Origin: Planctomycetota bacterium
Lineage (GTDB): Bacteria; Planctomycetota; GCA-002687715; CAIWVZ01
Length of the DNA stretch: 64,000 nucleotides
Assembly (NCBI GenBank): GCA_044222185.1
Contig: JBGANV010000002.1
Span: 672,001-736,000 of the forward strand
Direction: 5' to 3'
Shown: piece by piece, positions 38,188-48,796 of the stretch
Position numbering within the stretch: the first letter of the stretch is position 1
Layout of the letters: each line of letters starts with the position of its first letter
The notes under the pieces: model-generated
Databases searched by the model: none
Seen by the model: only the letters and a program-made list of their open reading frames with translations
Told to the model about the DNA's origin: nothing
Position numbers and translations under genes: made by a program

Positions 38188-41100
38188 TCAGTCCTCGCTC
38201 GTCCGCGGGTCCGGCTCCCGATGGTGGAGCGGAGCCGCGGGGGCGATCGTCGGAGTGGCGCCGCCCGCGATCGGCGGCGGCGCGCTCCGCTCGTCGCGCG
38301 TCACGAGCGGTGTCTCGGGATAGAGGTGGACGTCCTGGCGGGGGAACGGGATCTCGATCCCTTGCGCACGGAACGCGAGGTCCAAGGCGAAGAGCAGCTC
38401 GCTCTTCACCTTCGCGCCGTTCGTCGACAGTCGAAGCCAGTAGCGCAGTTCGAAGTCGAGCGAGCTGGCGCCGAACCCGACGAAGAACACGTCATACGCC
38501 GGGTGTCTCAGCACGAGCGTGTGCTTCTCGACGATCCCCATGACGATCGTGCGGAACTTGGCCACGTCCGTCCCGTAGGCGACGCCGATGGGCAGGGTGG
38601 CACGGATGGTCGGAGTGCCGGCGGACCAGTTGCTCACCTTCGTCGAGATGAGGTCGCGGTTCGGGACGATGAGGCCCGTGTTCTCGGGCGTCATCACGGT
38701 CGTCGAGCGCATGTTGATGCGATCGACCCGACCCACGACTCCGTCGACGGAGATGGTGTCGCCGACCTTCAACGGCCGTTCGACGAGCAGGATGATCCCG
38801 CTGACGAAGTTGTTGATGATCTCCTGCAGACCGAAGCCGACGCCGACGCCCAACGCGCCGATGAACCAACCGATCTGCGTCGCGTCGACGCGCAGCTGGC
38901 CACCGAGGACCAGGATGCCGAAGAGTGCGATCAACGTGTACGTGGCGAGCGTCACGATCGTGTACTGCAACCCGCGATCGAGGCGAGTCCTCGGCAGGAG
39001 CACGAAGCGGAGGAGATCCCGGTTGAGCCGGATGATGAACACGGCGAGCGCCGTGGTGATGACCGCGTTGACGACGTTGCCGAGGGTCAGGTTCGGCGAG
39101 ATCCAATTCATCTTCTGATCGAAGGCGGCGTCCCACCCGGCGCCCGTGAGTCCCCAGTGATCCAACGTGAACCACACGGCCGGGCCATACACGGCGAGCT
39201 TGATCGCCAGTCGCCGGATGCGATCGCCGAGGTGCGCGCGTCCCCGTGCGAGGAACTCGGCTTCGTCGAGTCCCAGGTCGAGCTCCGGCCGCTCGACCGG
39301 CGGCGTTCCGCGGAAGAACAGGCGAGCGAGCCAGCCCGCCGCGATCCACGCCGCGAGCAGCCAGCCCGCCGTCGTCAGGAAGCGATCGAGGAAATAGCGC
39401 GCCGCGACGCGATACGAGAGGCTGTGGAGCACCATCAGGTAGATGACGGCGCCGACGATGGACGGGTAGGCGACGAGAACCAGCGCCTTGAACGACAACG
39501 CCGCGTCGCTCTCGCCCTTGAACAGCGACATCAACACCGAGGGCCTGGCCATGACGGACAGGATGATCAGCGAGCTGAGCACCGTGTTGATGAGCCACAA
39601 GAGCTCGACGATGCCGGGATTGCGGGCTCGGTATGGCGTCACGGTCAGGAGCAACGCGACGGGCACGATCACGACCCAGACGCGCAGCAAGAGGACGATG
39701 GTCCCGTGGCAGAGGCGCGCGATGCGGTCCCGCGTCGGGAGCAGGCGCGGGGCCTTCTCGTCGGCGCCGAACAAGAGGTCGAGAAGCGTGCGGGCAAGCC
39801 GGAATGCGAAGGGTGTGCCGCAGAGTATGGCCACGACCTTGATCGTCGCCTCGTTCGCTCCAGCGAGCGCTGGCAACGCCACGCCGGCGAACGCGATGAC
39901 GAGCGTGATCTCCGTGCTTCGCACGAGATAGGTCAGGATGTGGCGGATGCCGCCGAACACGCCCTTCTCGGCCCACTCCTTGTCGTCGAACGAGTAGGTC
40001 TTGGAGGAGAAGTGATGGGCCGCGATCGCGAGGCCGATCACGGCGGCGAGCGCGAGAGCGAGCTTCACGATCTCGGAGACGCGTCCCTCGGACACTCGGC
40101 TCGTGAAGTAGTCGCGCACTCCACCGATGGATCCGATGGCGGCGCGCTGAACGACTTCCGAGATGGACTTGGAGTCCTCGAACGCCTGCCGGATCGACTC
40201 GATCGAGATGTCGCTCTCGTCGCGGGTCCACCGAAGTGCGCGCTGGTATCGGATCAGGTTCTTCTCGGCGTCCGCACGCGTCGCTCCGAGCGTCTTGCCC
40301 GCGACCGTGAGCAGGTTCGTCAGTCCTTGGAGCTTCTCCAGCCGCGCTGCCGCCGCGGCGCGAAGGTCGGTCGCGAGCTGGTCCCAGGCTCTCGGGTTGG
40401 CCGCGTCCCGGGTCTCCGGCGTGTCGGGTTTCGCGTCCGCGGGGGGTGCGCCCCGCTTGCGATCGTTCTCGACCTGCTCGACGAGGAGGTCGGGTCGTAG
40501 GGCCTGTGCCGCGCGCAGCTGCTCCCGCGTCTCCAGGAGGAGTTTGCGCAGCTCCTCCTGGAGCTGGTGCATTCGGTCACGGGTCGCTTCCCTCACCTCG
40601 ATGATGACGGTCAACCCGCGGACCGTTCCGGACGTCACATCCTCGATGGCGTGCGCGCCGCTGTCGACCTCGTCGAACGACCGCTTGTCCGAGTCCGCCT
40701 CGTCCTTCGCGACGGCGATCTCTCCACCGACGCCCACGCGCGCATCCCACACCTTGCGCGCCTTGTCGAGCCGCGTGGCCTCCACGCGCAGGTTTGCGAG
40801 CAGGCGCTTGTCCAGCCAGTACGGCTGTGCCCACGGCGGAAGGGTCGCGAGCAGGACGTCGAGCGTGGATTGCTCCGTCAAGACGCGCTGGAGCCGCGAT
40901 TCATAGGCCTGGTCCAGAAGAACGCCCGTCTTGCGGCGCCGAGCGTCCCAGGTGCGGAGCTTCTGGTCCTCGTAGTCGACCCTGAGGTCCGCGGCCCGCA
41001 GGCGCGCCTCGCGGTTCTTGCCGATGGCGTGGCTCCAACGGTCGACCTCCGCCTGGAACCGGGCGACGCGGATCTTCTGGAGAAACACCTTCTCCTGGAC

Positions 41101-41778
41101 GAGCCGCAAGATCTCTCCGTCAGCTCCACCGGTGAGAGCGGCCTTCGCGTCGCTCTCGGCGCCTTCCAGGTCTTTCCTCGCCTCGGCGAGACTCTGCTCG
41201 GCTTCCGCCGGCTTCGCCTGGGCGGAATCCAGGTCGGACTTCAGGTCGTCGCGGTCTTTGCTGCACTTCTCGCGATATTTCCGGACGGCTTCGACTGCCG
41301 CCTCGGCCGTCGCACGTTCGCGTTGAAGGCGCTCCTCGGCGTCGTCCGCCGTCGGATCGGGCAGACCGATTGGGTCCAGTTCTTGCTGTTTGCGGATCGC
41401 GATCTGCTTTTCGAACTCGATGGCATCACTGAGCGCCTTGGTCGATGCGGCTGCATTGAGCAGCAGCGTTGCCCTGACGTCCACGAGTGCCTGAAGGTTC
41501 TTGACCTGGCTCTTCAGCGTCTCGATCAGGTCGGCCCTGGTTCCTGAGAACTCCTCCGTCTGCTTCTGATCCGAGACCTCGATGGTCCATCGGAGGCTCT
41601 GAAGCAGGCGATCCACATCGGCTTGCGCCGCTGGGATGACCCGGCGGTCGGCGGGCTCGAGCGGTCGCGTGTCCTGCGCATGTAAAGACGATGCAACGAC
41701 AAGAAGACCCATCGCGAACCAGATCGTTCTGCGGGGAGTCAAAGGCTGCGTGGTGATTACGGCAAGCGTTTTGAGCAT
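38188..41778 (-). CDS. Large MscS-family mechanosensitive channel (MscK/MscM-like)
   Basis: GALGVGVGFGLQEIINNFVSGIILLVERPLKVGD, IVPN and IGVAYGTD. Multiple TM segments and a long N-terminal coiled coil after a signal peptide. Start approximate. Confidence 0.9.
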   Translation of the reverse strand: MLKTLAVITTQPLTPRRTIWFAMGLLVVASSLHAQDTRPLEPADRRVIPAAQADVDRLLQSLRWTIEVSDQKQTEEFSGTRADLIETLKSQVKNLQALVDVRATLLLNAAASTKALSDAIEFEKQIAIRKQQELDPIGLPDPTADDAEERLQRERATAEAAVEAVRKYREKCSKDRDDLKSDLDSAQAKPAEAEQSLAEARKDLEGAESDAKAALTGGADGEILRLVQEKVFLQKIRVARFQAEVDRWSHAIGKNREARLRAADLRVDYEDQKLRTWDARRRKTGVLLDQAYESRLQRVLTEQSTLDVLLATLPPWAQPYWLDKRLLANLRVEATRLDKARKVWDARVGVGGEIAVAKDEADSDKRSFDEVDSGAHAIEDVTSGTVRGLTVIIEVREATRDRMHQLQEELRKLLLETREQLRAAQALRPDLLVEQVENDRKRGAPPADAKPDTPETRDAANPRAWDQLATDLRAAAAARLEKLQGLTNLLTVAGKTLGATRADAEKNLIRYQRALRWTRDESDISIESIRQAFEDSKSISEVVQRAAIGSIGGVRDYFTSRVSEGRVSEIVKLALALAAVIGLAIAAHHFSSKTYSFDDKEWAEKGVFGGIRHILTYLVRSTEITLVIAFAGVALPALAGANEATIKVVAILCGTPFAFRLARTLLDLLFGADEKAPRLLPTRDRIARLCHGTIVLLLRVWVVIVPVALLLTVTPYRARNPGIVELLWLINTVLSSLIILSVMARPSVLMSLFKGESDAALSFKALVLVAYPSIVGAVIYLMVLHSLSYRVAARYFLDRFLTTAGWLLAAWIAAGWLARLFFRGTPPVERPELDLGLDEAEFLARGRAHLGDRIRRLAIKLAVYGPAVWFTLDHWGLTGAGWDAAFDQKMNWISPNLTLGNVVNAVITTALAVFIIRLNRDLLRFVLLPRTRLDRGLQYTIVTLATYTLIALFGILVLGGQLRVDATQIGWFIGALGVGVGFGLQEIINNFVSGIILLVERPLKVGDTISVDGVVGRVDRINMRSTTVMTPENTGLIVPNRDLISTKVSNWSAGTPTIRATLPIGVAYGTDVAKFRTIVMGIVEKHTLVLRHPAYDVFFVGFGASSLDFELRYWLRLSTNGAKVKSELLFALDLAFRAQGIEIPFPRQDVHLYPETPLVTRDERSAPPPIAGGATPTIAPAAPLHHREPDPRTSED

Positions 41779-41959
41779 GGCGCGACTTGGGGGTTCGGCA
41801 CGGCTCCGACGTGCGGAAAAGCTCGCGATCGTAGCAGCGCCTTCTCGTTGGCCGGGAACCACCGACTGCCCCGCAGTTGGTGCGGGTCGTCCGGGGTTCC
41901 TGCCGTTGGTCATCTCGACAGAGGGAAATCCGTCCGGCGCTCGTATGGGAGGACTTGCG

Positions 41960-43057
41960 TTGAACGACCCCATGCGCTGGAGCAGTCAATGGAAGACCTG
42001 GCTTCTGAGTGCCGCGTTCTGGCTCGGCATCGGGACCGTGTTCTGCGTCCAGAACTACTACGCGTTCGACGAGGTCCGTGCCCGATCGCTGTCGCGACTG
42101 GCCTACGACACGCTGATGACGTGGTTGCCCGTCGCGCTTCTCACGCCGCCCGTGTTCGATCTCTGCACTCTGTTCCCGCTCGGAATCGCACGGCGTCGCA
42201 ACCTGATTGTCATGGTGGCAGGAGGTCTCGCGTTCGTTCTCCTTCATCCGTTGTTGCGGCTGGGGCTGTCGAACGTCTTCGACTTCGAGCCGGGCTCCCT
42301 TTCTGAATACCCGACGTCGGTTGCCAGCAACTGGTCCTTCCTGCTGTTCCGCTATGGAACGATCCTGGGCGTCGCCCAGGCCGTCGCCTACGGGCGGAGT
42401 TTGCGCGAGCGGGACCGCGAGGCCGCGGAATTGCGTCGGGAGGTGGTGGAGGCCCAACTCGCTGCGTTGAAGATGCAACTCCAGCCCCATTTCCTGTTCA
42501 ACACGCTCCAGGCGATCAGCGTCTTCGCCCGCCGCGATCCCGACGAGGCCGCGCGAATGATCGCTCTTCTCGGAGACTTGCTCCGGCGCACCCTCGACGA
42601 CCGTAGTCGTCAGGTGGTCCCATTACGTGAAGAGTTGGATTTCCTGCGGATCTACCTGGAGATCCAGCGGGTGCGGTTCCAGGACCGCATGAAGGTCGAC
42701 TTCGCCGTCGCGGACGACACGCTCGACTGCCTCGTGCCCAACCTCGTTCTCCAGCCCCTCGCGGAGAATGCCGTCCGGCATGGGATCGAGTCTCGCGCGG
42801 GCGTCGGAACGATCGAGATCCGGGCCGAGAGATCCGGCGAATGGCTGACCCTCGGCGTCATCGACGACGGCGAAGGCGTCAAGAACTCATCGAACACGTT
42901 CGCGCGCGAAGGTGTGGGCCTTGGCAACACGCGCGAACGGTTAAGGAAGCTGTACGGCGATGCACAGGAGCTGAAACTCACGCCCTCCCCGACGGGCGGT
43001 GTTGCGGCGACGGTGCGTCTGAAAGTGGCCGTCGGCATGGCGGAGCAAGGGTCATGA
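41960..43057 (+). CDS. LytS/YehU-type sensor histidine kinase
   Basis: LKMQLQPHFLFNTL, LQPLAENAVRHG, DDGEG and GVGLGNTRERL. N-terminal TM segments. TTG start with GGAGGA upstream. Confidence 0.92.
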   Translation: MNDPMRWSSQWKTWLLSAAFWLGIGTVFCVQNYYAFDEVRARSLSRLAYDTLMTWLPVALLTPPVFDLCTLFPLGIARRRNLIVMVAGGLAFVLLHPLLRLGLSNVFDFEPGSLSEYPTSVASNWSFLLFRYGTILGVAQAVAYGRSLRERDREAAELRREVVEAQLAALKMQLQPHFLFNTLQAISVFARRDPDEAARMIALLGDLLRRTLDDRSRQVVPLREELDFLRIYLEIQRVRFQDRMKVDFAVADDTLDCLVPNLVLQPLAENAVRHGIESRAGVGTIEIRAERSGEWLTLGVIDDGEGVKNSSNTFAREGVGLGNTRERLRKLYGDAQELKLTPSPTGGVAATVRLKVAVGMAEQGS

Positions 43058-43839
43058 TCAACGACAAGAAGCCGATTGATGTGTTGGTGGCGGACGACGA
43101 ACCTGCCGTCCGTCAGGGCATCCGAGAGTTTCTCTCGGAGGAGGCCGGGATCGGGGCGGTGCACGAGGCGACGGACGGAGCGCGGGCGGCGGAGACGATC
43201 CGCACGGTCCGACCCGAACTCGTGTTTCTCGACGTGCAGATGCCCGCGATGTCGGGATTCGACGTACTCGCGCAGTTGCCCGAGCGCGAGTTGCCCACGG
43301 TCGTGTTCGTCACGGCCTACGAGCAGTACGCGCTGAAGGCATTCGACGCGCACGCCGTCGACTACCTGCTGAAGCCCTTCGATCGCCAGCGTTTCCACGT
43401 GGCGTTCGAGCGCGCGCAGCGGCAGGTCGCGTTCCGGCGCCGGGGCGAGAGCGGCGACGTGGCGCTCGCGGGCCTGCTCTCCCAGGTGCGCATGCGCGGG
43501 AAGGCGGCCGAGCGGTTCGTCGTCAAGGAGCAGGAGCGCATCCTCCTCGTTCCCGTCAACGACATCGAGTGGATCGAGGCCTCGGGCAACTACGTCCATC
43601 TCCACCACCGCCGCGGCATGCACCTCGTGCGTGACACGCTCACGCATGTCGAGCAGACGCTCGACCCGCACGAGTTCGTGCGGATCCACCGCTCCGCCAT
43701 CGTCCGCATCAGCTCCGTGAGCGAACTCGAGCGACAATCATCCGGCGATTTCCTCGTTCGCCTCTCGAGCGGCCGCGAGCTCACGCTCAGCCGCAATTTC
43801 CGGCGGGCGTTCGAAGATCGGATCGGCCGGGCGCTCTAG
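43054..43839 (+). CDS. LytTR-family response regulator
   Basis: ADDEP, FLDVQMP, VTAY and DYLLKP receiver motifs. IEASGNYV and FVRIHRS LytTR motifs. ATGA overlap. Confidence 0.95.
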   Translation: MINDKKPIDVLVADDEPAVRQGIREFLSEEAGIGAVHEATDGARAAETIRTVRPELVFLDVQMPAMSGFDVLAQLPERELPTVVFVTAYEQYALKAFDAHAVDYLLKPFDRQRFHVAFERAQRQVAFRRRGESGDVALAGLLSQVRMRGKAAERFVVKEQERILLVPVNDIEWIEASGNYVHLHHRRGMHLVRDTLTHVEQTLDPHEFVRIHRSAIVRISSVSELERQSSGDFLVRLSSGRELTLSRNFRRAFEDRIGRAL

Positions 43840-43904
43840 ACTCCGCCCGAATACCGTCGGGGACACGAACGCCTCACGATCCAGGGACCTGGGCTCATGG
43901 CATG

Positions 43905-43942
43905 AATTGGCGGTGACGCCCGTCGTCACCGCCAGTTTTTTT
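43905..43942 (+). terminator. Rho-independent terminator
   Basis: Perfect 11-bp stem TGGCGGTGACG-CCCGT-CGTCACCGCCA followed by GTTTTTTT. Confidence 0.85.
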
Positions 43943-44732
43943 CCGGCGCCAGAGCGCGCCAACGCGATGTCCGCGGACGTCCTACCGCGTCCAGCTGATC
44001 AACGGGCGCGCGCGTCTCGACCGACGATACGCCGCGGCGATTTCCGGCCCGAAAGACGTTGGGGAGCCGAGGAAGCCCAGGCGGGCGACCCTCGGCATCG
44101 ACGGGTGATTCGTCGTCGAGTGCGTGCCGCACCACCGTCGACCGCGTGACGGCGCGGTGAATGCCGGCGGTTCCTCCTCGCAGGCCCCGCAGTCTCGCCT
44201 CGATCTGCACGGAGGACCCAGCGCTCAGGTGCAGACACGGTCCGGCCGGATCGGCGCAGCCTCCAACCGCCACGAATTCCGACGGCAATCCGCTCGACTC
44301 ACGGCAACGCCGAACGATCGCGTCGCGTGAGCCATAGGCGAACGTCCGGGTTGCCGCGTGTGCAAACGCGCATCGGGATTCGACGAACGACGCGGGCGCA
44401 CTCGGCCTGCCCTGGAAGGCTCGTGCGCGTGTCGGGATCGGCTGGGAGTTCGCCGGTCTGATGCACTCCTCGCCTCGCGGCTTTTTTTGTCCGGCGCCGT
44501 GTCCGGTTGCGGACCCGAGACCCAAGGATGCCCAATCCCGCGTTGGTTTGAGGGTGCGGGTTGTCCGCATCGCGGGAGAGACGTTCCCCTCACAGGGGTC
44601 CGTCGCCTGGCTGGCGGTCGAATCGAACGCGGTGTGCAAAGCGCCCGGGCCACGGAGTCGCCCGAGGATCGATCGCCGCTCCGTGGGCATCCTCGAACGT
44701 CGAGTTGGTTTCACTGCATGGAGGGTCGTTCG

Positions 44733-47700
44733 ATGTTCAGTCGATCGAATCCGGTTCGTTCTCATCAGTCGGTGTGGAGGCCTTTGTGGATCGCCGCCTT
44801 GTTGTGCCTGGCTCCATCTGCAGGTGCCCAGACGTCGGCGGTGGTGCTGAGTTCCCCCGCAGACGGAGCGCGCGTGAACGGCACGGTGATACTCCGAGCG
44901 GCTGCCACCGTTGACGTCACGTCCGTGACGTTCTCGTTCAGCGGCCCGACCGTGATTCCTCCGGTGACGGCGACGACTCGGCCGTTCTCATGGGATTGGA
45001 ATACGACAGGGTTGAGCGGCACCTACGTCGTGACCGTTGCGCCGGCCTCCGGCGCCATGCCGCCGGCGCATTCCGCCTCGATCACGGTCGATTGGGGGAT
45101 CCCGGCGAACCCACCCCAGCCGGTCGCCGGGCCGTCCGACCCGGGAACGGTCGCAATCCTCAACACGGGGCTGGAGCTGTCCCGAACGGTGGTCGCTGGC
45201 ACGGTCGTGCGCATCCCGATCCGCGCAGCGAACCCCCGCAATCGCGAGGTGACGTACTCGATGGTGCAGACCCAGGGCCCTGCGGTGGCCTGGGCGTCCA
45301 TCGATTCGGCATCGGGCGTGTTCCGGTTCGCCACCGCGAAGAACGACTCCACCGCCGGCTCATTCACGTTTGCCGTCACGGTCAAGGAGCTCACGACCTA
45401 CACGAACCCGACCTGGAGCAGTGCGACCGCGAACGTGACGGTCCAGGTGCTGCCGCGGCAGAACTCCGATGGGCCCATCATTCGCGTCATCGAGAAGAAC
45501 CAGGCCGTCAATAGCCAGCCGGACTACAAGTTCCTCACGGTGGAGGAGGCCATCGAGGTCGTGCGAGCGTTGAACTCGCAGCTGTTCGTGGATGTGGAGC
45601 GCCTGAACATGGGCGCGGCAACTCCCGACCCGACGGTCGCAAGGGCGATGGATCCGCCGGCCCCGCCGGGATTGACCGTCAATGCTCCGACGATTCTCGC
45701 GCAGACGTTCCCGACCAATGGCTTCCCTTATTACGGGTCCGGCGGCAATGCGCTCTACAAGCGCTACCGGCTGCGCCCGTTCGGCGACAACTACGCGCCC
45801 GTCACGATGGCCTCGTGCACGCTGTCCGCGACCGAGACGGTGACGGTCAACGGAACGCCCACCGTGTTCACCTCGGAGGCGGTGGTGAGGATGTCCGTGT
45901 CCAATGACTTCGAGAACCTCAACTACCAGAACCCGATGCTCGACGAGCACATCCACGTGATGACGAAGGTCAACGGCGCGAGCCTCTGGTCCACGTCGGC
46001 AGGAACCTACGGCCTTCAGCCGAAGCCGCTCATCACGATCCAAGGGACGGTCGACCTGAGCTGCGAGTTCATGAAGAACAACAATGCGCTGTTCTCCACC
46101 AGCCCCTCGGCGACGAATCGCATCCCGGACACCATTCGGGTCGAGTACAGGGCGAACGACGTCCCGATCTCGCCCGCGTGCGACCCGTTCGTCGCGTACA
46201 CCTGGGATACCACGACGCTGGCGAGCGTCCTTTCGCCGCAAGTCCCGACGGATGTGATCGCGCTGACGGCGCACGTGGTCCACGCGAGTTCGACCGACCC
46301 GAGCTTCGATGCGCGGTGGTTCGATCACCGTTGGCATCCGCGGCAGCTGTGCGTCGCGGTCGTCGGCATCGACAACGACACCTCGCGGATCCCCGCGGCA
46401 CCGTTCAGCTACGAGAGCCGGGAGACCTCCAACCGTTTCGACAGCTTCGCATACGGTGGGAACCTCCCGTCGCCGTCGGGTCTTGCTTCGACGTTCCCGA
46501 CGTCGCCGACGTTGATTCCGCCGGCCTCGAATCCGAACGACATGCTGACGGCTTCGAACTGGACGCTGGACCCCCTCGTTCAGGCGACGAACAAGCTCTA
46601 TCAGCCGGAGCCTCACCTGTATCGCTCGGTGAACGGGCACCCCGTGGCGGCCTGGCACATCATGAGCCGCCCGGGAAGCACGTCGGAGGCATCGCGGCTG
46701 ATGCACGACTACGCGGATTTCTGGGGCGGCCCGCGAGGATCGAGCTCCGTGTCACCCTACGCCACCTACATCCCGTCGCCGTGGGACAGGAGCTGGTACG
46801 CCATCGACATCAGCGGGCGCTTCTTGAAGCTCTGGGAGGACGGGAGCGTGACGACGATCGCCGGCTACGTGAATCACGTGTCTGGCAACAACCAGCCGCC
46901 GCTCCTCCCCATGTACTGGTTGTTCGAGTCGCAGATCGCGGGCCTCCCGACCTACAACGCTGCGAAGTCCTACAGGCAGAACTTCCTCGACGACTCCAAG
47001 GATCTCGTGGGGACGTTCACCGTCACGACTCCGCTCGGGACCAACAACGCGGCGGTGTTCAACACGCCCAACGACGTCGCCGCCGACCCCAATGAACTCG
47101 GAGTCTTCTACGTCGCGGATTCGGGCAACAACCGGATCGCGAAGGTCGTGCTGGGGTCGCACCTTCAGGGGGTCGTGACGACTCTGGTCGGCGACCCGGT
47201 TGGCTCCTTGGGCGCGGGACAGGTCCCGGCCGCTGGCTTTGCCGACGACCTCGACGGATCGGCCAACGGACTCGTCGCGAGCTTCAACAACCCGTATTCA
47301 CTCGCGTTCGGGCTGGATGGGAAGCTCTACGTGGCCGACAAGGGCAACAAGGCGATCCGTCGCATCGACGTCTCGACGCTCGTCGTCGATACGGTGCTTC
47401 AGACTCACGGCGGTGTCTCGCGTACGACGATCAACGCGGGATGGTCGGGTACGGCCCCGGTCATGTGGCCGACGAACTCGGCCCTCGGAGCGGGCCAGGT
47501 TCCCGTGGCATCCGCCGTGTTGGACTCGCCCACGTGCATCCGTCGAGACTCGCACGGGTACCTGGTGTTCGCGGAGGACGGGACGCGCGCCGTTCGGCGA
47601 CTGAACGTGGGCGGCGGCTGGGTCGAGACCGTTTGCTGGCTGGGCGCCAACAGCAATCCCGACTGGTTGTGGCTCGACGTCGATCGCAATCAGATGGTCG

Positions 47701-48650
47701 GACCGTTGAACGACATCCTGATCGCACAGGCCGTCGGCTTCGGATCGAACACGCGGTTCCATCGGATTCCGATGGAGGACGCGACGCGGACGCCGACCGT
47801 GTTCCTCGGCAGCGCCGGCGCGAACACGTTCCTCACCGGGCCCGCCACGGCCATCGTCGGGGACGCGAAGGGTCACTATCCGTGGGCCATCGCCATCGAC
47901 GACGAGGAGCCGAAAGTCATCACGTCCGGTTACGGGACGGTCGGCCCGATCGTCGCGCGCCGCAAGCTCAGCACGGAGCCGTCGCTCACCAACGACGTGG
48001 CGCGTTACACGAATGGCGAGTTCATGATGCGTTGGGGAACGGTTCGCGGGTTCCCGCGTCATTCGCGCCCGGCATTCGCCTCACTGCATGGGTTGACCGG
48101 TCACAGCCGCCTCGGACCGAGCGTGGTCAACTTCGACGACGTGGTGACCAGCCTCGGAACGTCGGGTGATGCGTCCATCGCGGCATTCGTCCAGGGCGAT
48201 CCGAACACGCCCGGCGACGGTGGCATGTCGGGGAGCGTGCTGCGCCCCGAGATCAGCGGTCGGGACCTCGTCGACCTGACCTACTACATCAAGCGCCAGA
48301 CGGCGCTCGGGCACACGGGACCGATAACGATCGCCCCCACCTCGTTCGAAACGAAGGCCCCGGAGATCAACAACGTCGCGATCTACCGTGTCGCCGACGC
48401 CTACTTGTCGCCCGATCCGGACCCGGCCTATGACGACCTCATCGTCACCTGGCATACGCCCGAGCCCACGGTCGGGTGCGTCGCCTTGGGGCAGATGGAG
48501 TGCGACTACCTCGGCCGCTTCTTCGACATCGAGAACCAGGCTGCCACCGTCCACTCGTCCATCGTGAGGCGCGTGAAATCGGACCGAACCTACACGATCA
48601 CGATTCTCGCGAGGGATGCGGCGGGCAACATGACGAAGCGGCGCTTCTGA
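44733..48650 (+). CDS. Large secreted protein with Ig-like domains, NHL repeats and a C-terminal FN3-like domain
   Basis: Signal peptide ending SAGA-Q. Big-type SSPADGARVNGTV...WDWNTT domain. NHL repeats FNTPNDVA...YVADSGNNRI and FNNPYSLAFGLDGKLYVADKGNKAIRRI. Terminal YTITILARDAAGN. GGAGG RBS before ATG 44733. Confidence 0.85.
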   Translation: MFSRSNPVRSHQSVWRPLWIAALLCLAPSAGAQTSAVVLSSPADGARVNGTVILRAAATVDVTSVTFSFSGPTVIPPVTATTRPFSWDWNTTGLSGTYVVTVAPASGAMPPAHSASITVDWGIPANPPQPVAGPSDPGTVAILNTGLELSRTVVAGTVVRIPIRAANPRNREVTYSMVQTQGPAVAWASIDSASGVFRFATAKNDSTAGSFTFAVTVKELTTYTNPTWSSATANVTVQVLPRQNSDGPIIRVIEKNQAVNSQPDYKFLTVEEAIEVVRALNSQLFVDVERLNMGAATPDPTVARAMDPPAPPGLTVNAPTILAQTFPTNGFPYYGSGGNALYKRYRLRPFGDNYAPVTMASCTLSATETVTVNGTPTVFTSEAVVRMSVSNDFENLNYQNPMLDEHIHVMTKVNGASLWSTSAGTYGLQPKPLITIQGTVDLSCEFMKNNNALFSTSPSATNRIPDTIRVEYRANDVPISPACDPFVAYTWDTTTLASVLSPQVPTDVIALTAHVVHASSTDPSFDARWFDHRWHPRQLCVAVVGIDNDTSRIPAAPFSYESRETSNRFDSFAYGGNLPSPSGLASTFPTSPTLIPPASNPNDMLTASNWTLDPLVQATNKLYQPEPHLYRSVNGHPVAAWHIMSRPGSTSEASRLMHDYADFWGGPRGSSSVSPYATYIPSPWDRSWYAIDISGRFLKLWEDGSVTTIAGYVNHVSGNNQPPLLPMYWLFESQIAGLPTYNAAKSYRQNFLDDSKDLVGTFTVTTPLGTNNAAVFNTPNDVAADPNELGVFYVADSGNNRIAKVVLGSHLQGVVTTLVGDPVGSLGAGQVPAAGFADDLDGSANGLVASFNNPYSLAFGLDGKLYVADKGNKAIRRIDVSTLVVDTVLQTHGGVSRTTINAGWSGTAPVMWPTNSALGAGQVPVASAVLDSPTCIRRDSHGYLVFAEDGTRAVRRLNVGGGWVETVCWLGANSNPDWLWLDVDRNQMVGPLNDILIAQAVGFGSNTRFHRIPMEDATRTPTVFLGSAGANTFLTGPATAIVGDAKGHYPWAIAIDDEEPKVITSGYGTVGPIVARRKLSTEPSLTNDVARYTNGEFMMRWGTVRGFPRHSRPAFASLHGLTGHSRLGPSVVNFDDVVTSLGTSGDASIAAFVQGDPNTPGDGGMSGSVLRPEISGRDLVDLTYYIKRQTALGHTGPITIAPTSFETKAPEINNVAIYRVADAYLSPDPDPAYDDLIVTWHTPEPTVGCVALGQMECDYLGRFFDIENQAATVHSSIVRRVKSDRTYTITILARDAAGNMTKRRF

Positions 48651-48796
48651 CCGCCATTTCTGACGACGCTCGCCAGGATCCGAATCGCTTCATGCCGCCC
48701 CGGATCACGAGCCGTCACCGCCGCGGTTCAGGTTGCGACGGCGGCGCGGGCGTCGCCGGCCCGTTGCGCGGTGCGTTCCGACGCGCACGGCCGGCC

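Noticed and set aside
41845-41912. Possible LytTR direct repeats upstream of the sensor kinase (GCGGGTCGTC / GCCGTTGGTC)
   Set aside because: The match is only 7/10 and the period is 20 nt rather than the usual 21-22, which is too weak in GC-rich DNA.
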